Origin: an uncultured Actinomycetes bacterium
Lineage (GTDB): Bacteria > Actinomycetota > Thermoleophilia > Gaiellales > JAICJC01
NCBI GenBank assembly: GCA_963703275.1
Contig: OY969804.1
Span: 3,692,392 to 3,756,391, forward strand
DNA: 64,000 nt
Reading direction: 5' to 3'
In this document: positions 37,718 through 47,161 of the stretch, one piece after another
How positions within the stretch are numbered: the stretch's first letter is position 1
Layout of the letters: each line of letters starts with the position of its first letter
The notes under the pieces: generated by a model
Told to the model about the DNA's origin: nothing
The model's database searches: none
The model's input: only the letters and a program-made list of their open reading frames with translations
Position numbers and translations under genes: made by a program

Positions 37718-38595
37718 ACGCCCGGCTCCAGCCGGTGACCCCGCCCGACACCGACATCGAGGGGGTGCTGGCCCAGCTCGATCTGGATCTGGTCGCCCTC
37801 GAGCCGGTGAAGACGCGCATCCGCGAGATCGCGGCGCTGCTCGTGATCGACCGCATGCGCCGCGAGCAGGGCCTGATCTCGTCGCGCCCGTCGCTGCACA
37901 TGAGCTTCACCGGCAACCCCGGCACGGGCAAGACGACGGTCGCGCTGCGGATGGCCGAGATCCTGCACCGGCTCGGCTACATCGAGAAGCCGAAGGTGGT
38001 GTCGGTCACGCGCGACGACCTGGTCGGCCAGTACGTGGGCCACACCGCCCCCAAGACCCGCGAGGTGCTCAAGCGCGCCCGCGGCGGAGTGCTCTTCATC
38101 GACGAGGCCTACTACCTGTACCGGCCCGAGAACGAGCGGGACTACGGCCAGGAGGCCATCGAAATCCTGCTGCAGGTCATGGAGACCGAACGAGACGATC
38201 TCGTCGTCGTGCTGGCGGGCTACCGCGACCGCATGGAGACCTTCTTCCGCTCCAACCCCGGCATGGGCTCGCGCGTTGCCCACCACATCCACTTTCCCGA
38301 CTTCGACGTCGACGAGTTGATGGCGATCGCCGCGCTGATGCTGGGCCGGCAGGCATACGAGCTCACGCCCGCCGCGCAGACCGCGCTGCGCGGGTACGTC
38401 GAGCGGCGGGTGCGCCGGCCGCGGTTCGCACACGGCCGCAGCATCCGAAACGCGATCGACCGGGCGCGGATGCGCCAGGCCAGCCGCCTGTACGACCGCC
38501 GCGATGCGCTCGACCGGACCGACCTCGTCACGATCGAGGCTGAGGATATTCTCGCGAGCTCCGTGTTCGCCGACCCGTCCGCCGACCCCAGCTGA
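37714..38595 (+). CDS. cbbX: CbbX AAA+ RuBisCO activase
   Basis: GTGA overlap with cbbS. Walker [12 protein letters not shown], Walker [11 protein letters not shown]. Confidence 0.92.
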   Translation: MNARLQPVTPPDTDIEGVLAQLDLDLVALEPVKTRIREIAALLVIDRMRREQGLISSRPSLHMSFTGNPGTGKTTVALRMAEILHRLGYIEKPKVVSVTRDDLVGQYVGHTAPKTREVLKRARGGVLFIDEAYYLYRPENERDYGQEAIEILLQVMETERDDLVVVLAGYRDRMETFFRSNPGMGSRVAHHIHFPDFDVDELMAIAALMLGRQAYELTPAAQTALRGYVERRVRRPRFAHGRSIRNAIDRARMRQASRLYDRRDALDRTDLVTIEAEDILASSVFADPSADPS

Positions 38596-38608
38596 GCAGG
38601 AGCACAGG

Positions 38609-39553
38609 ATGCCTCGTCCGATCATTCTCGGAGTCGTCGGTGACTCCGCAGCCGGAAAGACCACCATCACGCGCGGCCTCGTGCGCGCGCTCGGCGAGGA
38701 CGCCGTCACCCACGTCTGCACCGACGACTACCACCGCTACGACCGCGCCCAGCGAGCCGAGCTCGGCATCACGCCGCTTGACCCCGACTGCAACTACATC
38801 GACATCATGGAGCAGCACCTCACGCTCCTGCGCCGCGGCGAGGCGATCTTGAAGCCGGTGTACAGCCACGCCGACGGGACGTTCGGGCCGCCTCGGTACG
38901 TGCGGCCGCAGCGCTTCACGGTGGTGGAGGGGCTCCTGGGGTATCACACCGCGGCGATGCGCGACGTCTGCGATGTCCGTGTCTACCTCGCTCCGCCCGA
39001 AGACGTTCGCCGGCGCTGGAAGGTCAACCGCGACTGCTCGCGGCGCGGCTACACCACCGACCAGGTGCTGGCCGAGCTCGACCGGCGCGAGGACGACTCG
39101 GCCGCCTTCATCCGCCCCCAGGAGCGCTTCGCCGATCTCGTCATCGCCTTCACCTCTCCCGACGGCAGCGACCCCGACCACCTGGACGCCCAGCTGACCC
39201 TGCGCGACGGCCTGGCCCACCCGGATCTCGCGCCGTTCATCGACGACGACGGGGGCATCACGCTGACCGAGCAGGACGGCGAGCGGCTGGTGCGCATCCC
39301 CGGCCGGCTCGACGCCGACCGCGCCGGCGCGATCGAGCAGGCGATCTGGGAGAAGATGCACTTCGCGAGCCATCTGCGCTCGCAGCGCCTGGGTGAGTTC
39401 ACGGTGGGCAACGACCTCCACCGCTCGGAGTCGCTCGCGCTCGTCCAGCTCCTGATCCTGTACCACATGGTCACCGCCCGGGCCACGATCGCGCTCGGCG
39501 GCGAGGAGGTGCGCTGCGACGTTCCCGGCCCCGACGTGGAGGCGGTCGTCTAG
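38609..39553 (+). CDS. prk: phosphoribulokinase
   Basis: P-loop GVVGDSAAGKTT. PRK/uridine-kinase family pattern. Last gene of the cbb operon. Confidence 0.88.
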   Translation: MPRPIILGVVGDSAAGKTTITRGLVRALGEDAVTHVCTDDYHRYDRAQRAELGITPLDPDCNYIDIMEQHLTLLRRGEAILKPVYSHADGTFGPPRYVRPQRFTVVEGLLGYHTAAMRDVCDVRVYLAPPEDVRRRWKVNRDCSRRGYTTDQVLAELDRREDDSAAFIRPQERFADLVIAFTSPDGSDPDHLDAQLTLRDGLAHPDLAPFIDDDGGITLTEQDGERLVRIPGRLDADRAGAIEQAIWEKMHFASHLRSQRLGEFTVGNDLHRSESLALVQLLILYHMVTARATIALGGEEVRCDVPGPDVEAVV

Positions 39554-39584
39554 TCCATATTGCGGTATATCGCAATTCGGACTA
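39551..39584. promoter_or_regulatory. AT-rich 34-bp imperfect palindrome TAGTCCATATTGCGGTATATCGCAATTCGGACTA (PadR operator and/or cbb terminator)
   Basis: 28 of 34 positions are self-complementary. It begins at the prk stop codon and overlaps a possible TTGCGG-N17-TATTCT promoter, 6 nt before the GTG of the PadR gene. Confidence 0.4.
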
Positions 39585-39594
39585 TTCTTGGGAG

Positions 39595-39930
39595 GTGGCC
39601 GCTCCCACCGGATCCGATCTCGCCGGGCTCGGCCGGTACTCCGACCCGGCTCTCGTCGTCCTGACCAGCCTCTCCGACGGGCCAAAGCACGGGTACGCGA
39701 TCATCCAGGACGTGGAGGCAATGGGAGGGCCGCGGCTGCGGCCAGGCACGCTGTATGCCGCCCTCACCCGGCTCGAGGATCGCGGCCTGATCGAGGCGCT
39801 GCCTCCCGAGGAGCGCCGCCGCCCCTACCGACTCACTGCGGCCGGCGCCGCCGCCCTGCGGGCGCAGCTCGAGCACCTGCAGCGGGTGACCACCGTCGGA
39901 CTGGCCCGGCTGGAGGTGTCCACGCCATGA
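39595..39930 (+). CDS. PadR-family transcriptional regulator
   Basis: LVVLTSLSDGPKHGYAIIQDV...GTLYAALTRLEDRGLI...YRLTAAG. Confidence 0.85.
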   Translation: MAAPTGSDLAGLGRYSDPALVVLTSLSDGPKHGYAIIQDVEAMGGPRLRPGTLYAALTRLEDRGLIEALPPEERRRPYRLTAAGAAALRAQLEHLQRVTTVGLARLEVSTP

Positions 39931-40850
39931 CCGCGAGGCTCGTGGCGCTGCTCCTGCGCCTGTACCCGGAGGCATGGAGGGCGCGCTACGGGGCGGAGTA
40001 CGCGGCACTGCTCGAGCAGCACGGCATCGACGCGCGCACGCTGGCCGACGTGGTTCTGGGCGCGGTCGATGCCCGCCGCGGCGCCGGCGCGCGGCGGTCT
40101 GCGGATGCGGTGAAGCGCCGGGCGCTGGTCGCGTCGCTCTGGGCCCTCGTGCTCTTCGGGGCCGCCGGGGCCGGGTTCCAGCGGATGGCCGAGTACGACG
40201 ACTTCACGAGCGCCGCCGCCCATCATCCGCTGGTCGGGGCCGGCATGGACATGATCGTCGCGGGAGCGTGCGTGGTCGGCCTCGCGGCCGCGGGCTGCGG
40301 GCTTGCGCTCGCCCGCAGCGTGGCGGATGACGTGGTGCGCAGGCGCCGGCCGGAGGTCGTGCGGCCGCTGGTGATGTCCGCGGCGGGGGCGATCGTCGTC
40401 GTGCTCGCCCTCGTGGCACTCGTGGTCTACGCGCACACCTCGTCCGCCCGTGCGCCTCAGGGCGCCGGCAACCTGGCCGCGCTCGCGGCATGGATGTTTG
40501 CCTCGGCGGTGGGTGTCGCCGTCGCGATCGCCGGTGCGGCCCGGGCCCTCTCGCGCGCGACGATCTCAACGGTTCCGCTCCGCCGTGCCGTCCGGTGTGC
40601 GTGGGCCGGCGCCGCCGGGATGACGATCACCCTCGTCGGCATCCTCGTGTGGGGGATCGCCCTGCGGGTCGACGCGGCCGGCATCTTCGGCCTGCAGCAC
40701 GGCGGCGACCTGGCCACGCCCGCTCCCTACACCTGGGCCGCCGGGGCGATCGCGATGGCCGCCGCGCTCGCGCTCACCGTGCGCCCGCTGCGCGCTACGG
40801 CAGCTCGACCCGGCGCAGCGCCCGCGCCGCCGCCCACCCCGCCAGGCTGA
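39927..40850 (+). CDS. multi-pass membrane protein coupled to PadR
   Basis: ATGA overlap. N-terminus LLRLYPEAWRARYGAE, followed by 6 or more TM segments. Confidence 0.65.
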   Translation: MTARLVALLLRLYPEAWRARYGAEYAALLEQHGIDARTLADVVLGAVDARRGAGARRSADAVKRRALVASLWALVLFGAAGAGFQRMAEYDDFTSAAAHHPLVGAGMDMIVAGACVVGLAAAGCGLALARSVADDVVRRRRPEVVRPLVMSAAGAIVVVLALVALVVYAHTSSARAPQGAGNLAALAAWMFASAVGVAVAIAGAARALSRATISTVPLRRAVRCAWAGAAGMTITLVGILVWGIALRVDAAGIFGLQHGGDLATPAPYTWAAGAIAMAAALALTVRPLRATAARPGAAPAPPPTPPG

Positions 40851-41514
40851 TGACCGCGACGAGGACGAGCGCCGAGACCGCGGTGCCCGCCACCGGCCGG
40901 GAGGCCTGCGGCAGGACGTGTGCGGCAAAGGCGCGGCCGTAGGCCGAGATCGAGAGCTTCGCGGCCGAGGCCGCGAACGTCGCGATCGACCCTTCCCAGA
41001 GCAGGATGTAGAGGACGCCGATCACGATCGGGCGGCGGCTGTAGAGCGACAGGAGCACCGAGGCGGCGCAGTAGGCCAGGCTCGCCAGCACCACGCCCAC
41101 GAGCGGCCAGCCGATCAGCCCGGCGGTGACGCCGCTGCGCAGACTGAGAAGGCCGCTCAAGACGAGGCTCGGCACGAGCAGGATCAGCGCGGCCGCCCAG
41201 GCCGCGGCGATCTTCGCGACGACCAGCTCCAGACGCGGCTGCGGAGTCGCGACCAGATACAGGATCGTGCCGTCCTCGCGCTCGTCGCCGAAGGCGCTGA
41301 CGCCGAACACGAGCGAGATCAGCGCGGCCACCGTCGGCACGAACAGCTGCTGGACGAGGTCGGAGTAGAACGAGTGGTCATGGCTCCCCGGCGACCGGGC
41401 GAGGGCGTAAACCAGCGCCATCAGCACGGGGGCGGCCGCGACCAGCGCGAGCACGATCGTGCGCCGCTGGAGGAGCAGTGAGCGCAGCGTGAGCGCGAAG
41501 ACGGGCCGGATCAC
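40795..41514 (-). CDS. ABC-2 family permease (second of pair)
   Basis: GTGA overlap with the upstream ATPase stop. About 6 TM segments. Confidence 0.75.
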   Translation of the reverse strand: MIRPVFALTLRSLLLQRRTIVLALVAAAPVLMALVYALARSPGSHDHSFYSDLVQQLFVPTVAALISLVFGVSAFGDEREDGTILYLVATPQPRLELVVAKIAAAWAAALILLVPSLVLSGLLSLRSGVTAGLIGWPLVGVVLASLAYCAASVLLSLYSRRPIVIGVLYILLWEGSIATFAASAAKLSISAYGRAFAAHVLPQASRPVAGTAVSALVLVAVISLAGWAAARALRRVELP

Positions 41515-42449
41515 CGTCCCTGCCCCCGCGCGCGCTCGTGGAGGTATGCGTACACACTCTCGAGGTCGTCGCCGACCGGCTGGATCTCGCGCAGCAGCGT
41601 GTCGGTTCTGGCCGCCGCCGGCGGCAGCGCCCGGCTGAGCGCCTGCGGGTCGCTGGTCTCGACCTCGATCGTCCCGTCCACGAGCCGGACGGCATCGACG
41701 TCGGCAGCCGCGAGCAGCTCGCGCGCGAGCGCGCGGCCATTGCCGTCCGCGGTCACCAGCACCCGCCGGGGGCGCTCGCTGATCAGGCGCCGGATCGCGG
41801 CGGTCGACCCCTCCGCGACCAGGTGGCCGTTGACCAGCACCAGCACCCGCGGCGCCATCCGCTCGACCTCGTGCAGAACGTGTGACGAGACGACGACCGT
41901 CCGGCCCTCGTGCCCGAGCTGTGAGAGCAGCTCGATCATGTGGCTGCGCTGCGTCGGGTCGAGCCCGTTCAGGGGCTCGTCGAGCAACAGCAGCTCGGGA
42001 TCGTGGGCCAGCGCCTGGGCGAGCTTGACCCGCTGGCGCATGCCGTGGGAGAACTCGCCCACCGGCCGGTCGGCGGCCGGGAGCAGGCCGACGGACTCGA
42101 TCGCCGTGGTGGCCGCCTGGCGGAAGTCCTCCACCCGGTGCAGGCGCGCCGAGAGCTCGACCACCTGGCGGGCCGAAAGGAAGGGCCACGGGGGGCTGAG
42201 GTCGGGCACGATGCCCACGCGGCGGTAGACGTCCGGCGTCCGGCGCGGGTCGACGCCGAAGATCCGCACGCTGCCGCTGCTCGGCGTCGAGAATCCCCCG
42301 CACAGCTTGAGCGTGGTGGATTTGCCCGCGCCGTTGTGCCCGAGCAGGCCGATCACGCCGCCGTCGGCGGTGAACGAGACGTCGGCGAGCGCGACCGTGT
42401 CGCCGAACCAGCGCGAGACGCCCGTGAACTCGATCGCCGGCGGGTTCAT
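41511..42449 (-). CDS. ABC transporter ATP-binding protein (second)
   Basis: Walker A GHNGAGKST, signature FSHGMRQR, Walker B LLLDEP. ATGA overlap upstream. Confidence 0.9.
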   Translation of the reverse strand: MNPPAIEFTGVSRWFGDTVALADVSFTADGGVIGLLGHNGAGKSTTLKLCGGFSTPSSGSVRIFGVDPRRTPDVYRRVGIVPDLSPPWPFLSARQVVELSARLHRVEDFRQAATTAIESVGLLPAADRPVGEFSHGMRQRVKLAQALAHDPELLLLDEPLNGLDPTQRSHMIELLSQLGHEGRTVVVSSHVLHEVERMAPRVLVLVNGHLVAEGSTAAIRRLISERPRRVLVTADGNGRALARELLAAADVDAVRLVDGTIEVETSDPQALSRALPPAAARTDTLLREIQPVGDDLESVYAYLHERARGQGR

Positions 42450-43315
42450 CCCTCGTCCCGCCCGTACCTGATCGCGAGCACCGCGATCGCCACCACCATC
42501 AGCTCCACCGCCGTCGCCCCCCACAGCCCCGCGCTCAGGTGGCCGCGGTCGGTGTACCCGGGATAGAGCCCGCGGGCGGTCTGGATCGGTGCGGCGGCGA
42601 ACGCGAGCAGGCGCAGGTAGCGCTCGTTGAGCGCGTGCGCGAGCACCCCCCCGACGATCGTCGGGATCACCAGGAACGCGAGATACCCGCCCACGGCGAA
42701 CGCCCGCCGCCCGGTCAGCGACGAGATCGCGAGCCCGATCAGGCTGTAGAAGAGGGCGATCACGATGCCGGCAGCGACGATCCGGGGCGGGTCGGCGAGG
42801 TGGTGCTCGAGGTAGCCGAGCGGGTGGACGGCGAACAGCAGGTTGCCGGCATACAGCACGAGGGGCGGCAGCATCGTGACGAGCAACAGTGGGAGCAGCG
42901 CGGCCAGGATCTTGCCGATCACGTAGTCCGCCCGGCCGATGGCCGTCGAGAAATAGAGCGACAGCGTACGGTCGCGGCGGTCGGGGCAGAGCAGCTCCGG
43001 CGTGATCACCACGCTGAACACCAGGATGACGATCGCGGTGTCCGCGCTGTAGTCGGAGTAGGGAAGCGCGTTTGCCAGGTTGGTCGTTCCGGCGGTGGTC
43101 CCGAACAGCGCCCGCAGGCCAAGGATCACGAGTGCCGGCGCGAAGGCGAGCAGGGTGAGGGTGATGGGAATCACCTTCGCCTTCCACCCGCGGCGGGCGC
43201 CGAGTGCGCGCAATGCGCTCCAACGCGCCAGCGACCAGATCGCCCCCATACGGCCGGCCCGGGGCCCGTCGTAGCGGCTGTACGCAATGTCGACGACGCG
43301 AGCGTCCTGCGTCAT
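42446..43315 (-). CDS. ABC-2 family permease (first of pair)
   Basis: The internal ATG (MTQDARVV) overlaps the upstream ATPase stop. About 6 TM segments. Confidence 0.8.
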   Translation of the reverse strand: MTQDARVVDIAYSRYDGPRAGRMGAIWSLARWSALRALGARRGWKAKVIPITLTLLAFAPALVILGLRALFGTTAGTTNLANALPYSDYSADTAIVILVFSVVITPELLCPDRRDRTLSLYFSTAIGRADYVIGKILAALLPLLLVTMLPPLVLYAGNLLFAVHPLGYLEHHLADPPRIVAAGIVIALFYSLIGLAISSLTGRRAFAVGGYLAFLVIPTIVGGVLAHALNERYLRLLAFAAAPIQTARGLYPGYTDRGHLSAGLWGATAVELMVVAIAVLAIRYGRDEG

Positions 43316-44253
43316 CCGATCGCCCCGATCAGCGCCTCTTCGAGGGTCGGCCCGGCGGGACGCAGCTCGCGCAGGCCCACTCCGGCCGCGCAGGCGGCGT
43401 CGCGGACGCCGGCCAGCACCCCGCCCGCGTCGGGGCCGCGCACCAGAAGCCACGCGTCCTCGTCCTCTCCGCCGCCGTCCACGGTCAGCCCGAGCCGTAC
43501 GGCCGCCACGGTGAACTCGCCCGCGTCGCCGACGATACGCACCTGGACGTCGCCCGAGGCGGCCTGCGCCGCGTGGTCGATCCGGCGGGTGGCGGCCACC
43601 TGCCCCTCGCGCAGCACGATCACCGAGTCACACGTGCGGGCCACGTCCTCGAGCACGTGCGACGAGATCACGACCGCGATCCCGAGGTCGTTCGAGAGCC
43701 GGCGCACGAGCGTCAGCATCTCCTCGCGCCCGGCGGGGTCGAGCCCGTTGGTCGGCTCGTCGAGGATCACGAGGCCCGGTGAGTGCACGATCGCCTGGGC
43801 CAGGTTCGTGCGCTGCTTCATGCCCACCGAGAACGTGCGGATCAGGCGCGAGCGCTCCTCCTCGAGCCCCACCTGGAAGAGCACCTCGGACGCCCGCAGC
43901 ACCGCCACCCGCCGCGGCAGGCCGCGCAGCTCACCCATGTGGACGACCAGATCGCGCGCGGTCATCCCGAGTGGCAGGCAGCTGTGCTCCGGCATGTAGC
44001 CCAGCCGGCGCCGGATCTCCCACGTCGGCGCCGATGCGTCGATGCCAAGCACCCTGACGCTGCCGGCGTCGGGCTTGATCAGCCCGAGGATCACGCGCAT
44101 CAGGGTCGACTTGCCGGCGCCGTTTGCCCCCAGCAGTCCCACGGCGCGCTCGGTGACCACGGCCGAGACGTCGTCCAGCGCGACGATGGCGCCGTAGCGC
44201 TTGGTCACCCCGTGAATCTCGACAAGCGGTTCGCTGCCGCCGTCGTCGCTCAC
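43312..44253 (-). CDS. ABC transporter ATP-binding protein (first)
   Basis: Walker A GANGAGKST, signature FSVGMKQR, Walker B VILDEP. Confidence 0.9.
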   Translation of the reverse strand: MSDDGGSEPLVEIHGVTKRYGAIVALDDVSAVVTERAVGLLGANGAGKSTLMRVILGLIKPDAGSVRVLGIDASAPTWEIRRRLGYMPEHSCLPLGMTARDLVVHMGELRGLPRRVAVLRASEVLFQVGLEEERSRLIRTFSVGMKQRTNLAQAIVHSPGLVILDEPTNGLDPAGREEMLTLVRRLSNDLGIAVVISSHVLEDVARTCDSVIVLREGQVAATRRIDHAAQAASGDVQVRIVGDAGEFTVAAVRLGLTVDGGGEDEDAWLLVRGPDAGGVLAGVRDAACAAGVGLRELRPAGPTLEEALIGAIG

Positions 44254-45374
44254 GCCAGGGCTTGGGCCGCGGTCATGATGGTGCCGGCCGGCCGCGATCC
44301 GACCACCGTGTAGGTGACGCCCCCACGCGTGAACCGCACGAGGGAGCCGAGCGTCGTTTGCAGCTCATGCCTGCCACCCTTGCCGCCGGCCTGCTCGAGC
44401 ACGAAGATCGTGCCCAGGCCGCGGCCGTAGGTGACAAGCGCTGCCGGCGCGTTGCCCAGGTTGACCGACCGCACCTCACCCCGGCCGAGACCGGCGAGCG
44501 TGGCGGGCGCCGCCAGGCGGAAGCCGACGGCTCGCGACACGGCCGTGACGCCCGTCGCCGGAGCGGCGTGGGCCGCCATGGAGTGGAGCCGGCTTCGGCT
44601 CGGCAGGTGGACGCGCACGATCTTGGTGCCCGGCGCGGGGACGATCTGCAGCCGCGAGCTCGGCACGGTGCCGTAGCGGATATGGGTGACGGTGATGGCG
44701 ATTGCCGGGGTGCTCGACCCGCGCGGGTAGATGGCGAACCGGAGCGGAACGCCGTGGGCGGCGTCCCAGGCGAGCGCGAAGTCGCCGAACAGGCCGCCGT
44801 TTCGGCGCGGTGACATGCGCACCTCGTACGCGGGCCGGCCGGCGACATTGCTCGGGATCGCTCCCGAGATGACCGCCTCGCGCCCGAGCGCGTTGAGCGC
44901 ACCGTTGATCGCGGCGATGGTCGGGACGGCGGGAGCGCCATGGGTGTCACGGTGCGTGGTCTTGCTCCGCGCGATCGGGAGCACGTAGGCGACATGGTGG
45001 CTGCGGTCATACAGCATCAGCCGGTGGCCGTCGTAGGTGAGCTCGGTGGTGCCGAGCTGCGACCGGATCTGGAGCCGGACGTGCCCGCCGCCGACCCAGA
45101 CCGACCCCGTCGCTCCGCCGAGCGTGCTCGCGGAGATCGTGGATGACCTGGCGCCAAGAAGGTTCTGGGCGATGGTGAACCGGGCCGAGACACCGGCGAC
45201 CGGCTTGCCGGAGAGCGCCGTGTGGACCGCGCTTGCGAGCGACCGGTTGGGAGGCTTGGCGGCACCGGGGCGGGTGACCGCATACGCCGTCACACTGATC
45301 GCCGAGAGGAGCACCGCGAGCAGCGCGAACCATCCGATTAGACGACGTGCTTGTGACCGCTTGATGATCCCCAT
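44250..45374 (-). CDS. membrane-anchored LolA/RseB-like (DUF4367-like) protein
   Basis: N-terminal anchor WFALLAVLLSAISVTAYA. Pattern VAGRPAYEVRMSPR...LAWDAAHGVPLRFAIY. First gene of the 5-gene operon. Confidence 0.6.
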   Translation of the reverse strand: MGIIKRSQARRLIGWFALLAVLLSAISVTAYAVTRPGAAKPPNRSLASAVHTALSGKPVAGVSARFTIAQNLLGARSSTISASTLGGATGSVWVGGGHVRLQIRSQLGTTELTYDGHRLMLYDRSHHVAYVLPIARSKTTHRDTHGAPAVPTIAAINGALNALGREAVISGAIPSNVAGRPAYEVRMSPRRNGGLFGDFALAWDAAHGVPLRFAIYPRGSSTPAIAITVTHIRYGTVPSSRLQIVPAPGTKIVRVHLPSRSRLHSMAAHAAPATGVTAVSRAVGFRLAAPATLAGLGRGEVRSVNLGNAPAALVTYGRGLGTIFVLEQAGGKGGRHELQTTLGSLVRFTRGGVTYTVVGSRPAGTIMTAAQALA

Positions 45375-45442
45375 TGCGCTTCCTCCTGGCGAGACCCCTG
45401 AACGGTAGCCGCCGACCTTGAAAGCCGCGTGAGGCCGGCAGG

Positions 45443-45471
45443 TTGACAGGTTCCCGATCCGGTGGTGAACT
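45443..45471 (+). promoter_or_regulatory. candidate promoter TTGACA-N17-TGAACT, leaderless start
   Basis: Read directly. The ATG lies 6 nt after the -10-like hexamer and no SD is present. Confidence 0.3.
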
Positions 45472-45477
45472 CAAGTC

Positions 45478-47085
45478 ATGCGCATTGCAACGAACGCCCG
45501 CAGGGGCTGGGTGCTCACCATCATGGTCGTGTCGGCGCTGGTCGCTGCGGTCGGCATCTCGGGGTCGGCAGCGCTCGCGGCGACGAACCTGATCTCGAAC
45601 GGAACGTTCGAGGGCACCGGCTCGGGCTCGCTCAGCGGATGGGGTGCAAGCAGCGGGTCGCTGGCGCTCGTCGCCGGCAGCGGTGGTGGCCATGCCGCGC
45701 AGTTGACCGCGACCAAGGGTGCGTCCAAGACGTATGCCTACACGACGTCGAAGCCGGTGACGGGAGCCGCCGCGGGGACCGCCTACACGCTCGCCGGCCA
45801 GGTCGAGAGCGGCCTCGCCGGACAGTCGGTGTGCCTGGTGCTGAAGGAGCTCAAGGCGGGGACGTCGACGTCGGTCGGAAGCGCGCAGTCGTGTCTCACC
45901 GCGACATCCGCCTGGCAGAGCGTTCCAACAGTGGACTACACCGTCAAGACGTCCGGGGACTCGCTGACGGTCAACGTGTCCGAGAGCACGGCCGTGTCGG
46001 GCGCCACGTTCGCCTTCGACAACCTCGTCCTCGCCCAGGGCTCGGGCGGCCCGACCGACACCCAGGCCCCGAGCGTGCCGAAGAACGTCGCCGCGGTCGC
46101 TAACAGCGCGACGTCGGTCACCGTCTCGTGGGCGCCGTCGACCGACAACGTCGGCGTGACCGGCTACGACGTCTACCGGGGCGGGACGAACGTGGCGACC
46201 GTGAGCGGCGGCACCACGTCGTGGACGGACACCGGCGTGAAGGCGAGCACGTCCTACTCCTACACGGTGGACGCCTTCGACGCCGCGCACAACGTGTCGA
46301 ACCAGTCCTCACCGGCCACGGTCACGACGCCGGCGGGCGGCGGCGGCGGTGGCGGCACCGGTCCGGCCGAGCCGATCATCGTGATCGTCATGGAGAACAA
46401 GCACTACACCGACATCGTGGGCAACGCGGACGCGCCCTACATCCAGTCGATGATCGCCCGCGGCACGCTCTACACCAACTACGAGGCCGGCCCCGGCAGC
46501 CTCCCCGACTACCTCGCCATGACGAGCGGGCTGACCGGCTCGACCTCGGCCTCGAACAACATCTTCAACCAGCTTCAGGCGAAGGGCATCAGCTGGGGCG
46601 AATACGAGGAGTCCATGCCGAGCGTCTGTGACAAGGGCGGCGACACCGGCTCGTACAAGAAGGCGCACAACCCGGCGGTCTACTACAACGACATCACCTC
46701 GAGCACGAGCGCCTGCGCCAACGTGGTGCCGTACTCGCAGTTCTCGACGAGCAATCTGCGCGCCTTCTCCTACGTCGTCCCGAACCTGACCGATGACATG
46801 CACACGGGATCGACCCGCACCGCCGAGATCGAGGCCGGTGACGCCTGGCTGGCCGCCAACGTGCCGGCGATGCTGAGCGCCGGTGCCGAGGTGATCCTCA
46901 CCTGGGACGAGGGCAGCGCGAGCGACGAGCACGTCGCCACGATCGCCATCGGCGGCACGGCGGGCGTCGGTGTCACCGACTCGCACGCCTACACCCATCC
47001 CGGGCTGCTGGCCGGCCTCGAGGATGCGTGGGGCCTGCCGCTGGTGAACGCCGCGCAGACGGCCACGCCGCTCCCGATCTCGTAG
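45478..47085 (+). CDS. secreted CBM-like + fibronectin-III + phosphoesterase (SapM/acid-phosphatase-like) protein
   Basis: Signal peptide ...SGSAALAA. FN3 (SVTVSWAPSTDNVGVTGYDVYR). Gly7 linker. IIVIVMENKHYTDIVG...SLPDYLAMTSG. Confidence 0.82.
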   Translation: MRIATNARRGWVLTIMVVSALVAAVGISGSAALAATNLISNGTFEGTGSGSLSGWGASSGSLALVAGSGGGHAAQLTATKGASKTYAYTTSKPVTGAAAGTAYTLAGQVESGLAGQSVCLVLKELKAGTSTSVGSAQSCLTATSAWQSVPTVDYTVKTSGDSLTVNVSESTAVSGATFAFDNLVLAQGSGGPTDTQAPSVPKNVAAVANSATSVTVSWAPSTDNVGVTGYDVYRGGTNVATVSGGTTSWTDTGVKASTSYSYTVDAFDAAHNVSNQSSPATVTTPAGGGGGGGTGPAEPIIVIVMENKHYTDIVGNADAPYIQSMIARGTLYTNYEAGPGSLPDYLAMTSGLTGSTSASNNIFNQLQAKGISWGEYEESMPSVCDKGGDTGSYKKAHNPAVYYNDITSSTSACANVVPYSQFSTSNLRAFSYVVPNLTDDMHTGSTRTAEIEAGDAWLAANVPAMLSAGAEVILTWDEGSASDEHVATIAIGGTAGVGVTDSHAYTHPGLLAGLEDAWGLPLVNAAQTATPLPIS

Positions 47086-47097
47086 ATATCTGGCCGT

Positions 47098-47124
47098 GAA
47101 TAACGGGGCCTGGCCCCATTATTC
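47098..47124 (+). terminator. hairpin GAATAACGGGGCC-T-GGCCCCATTATTC after the phosphoesterase gene
   Basis: 13-bp stem with one mismatch, 13 nt after the stop, T-rich 3' side. Confidence 0.45.
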
Positions 47125-47161
47125 AAGAGACGATGGTCTCAATCGTCTCGACCCGGCGCCG

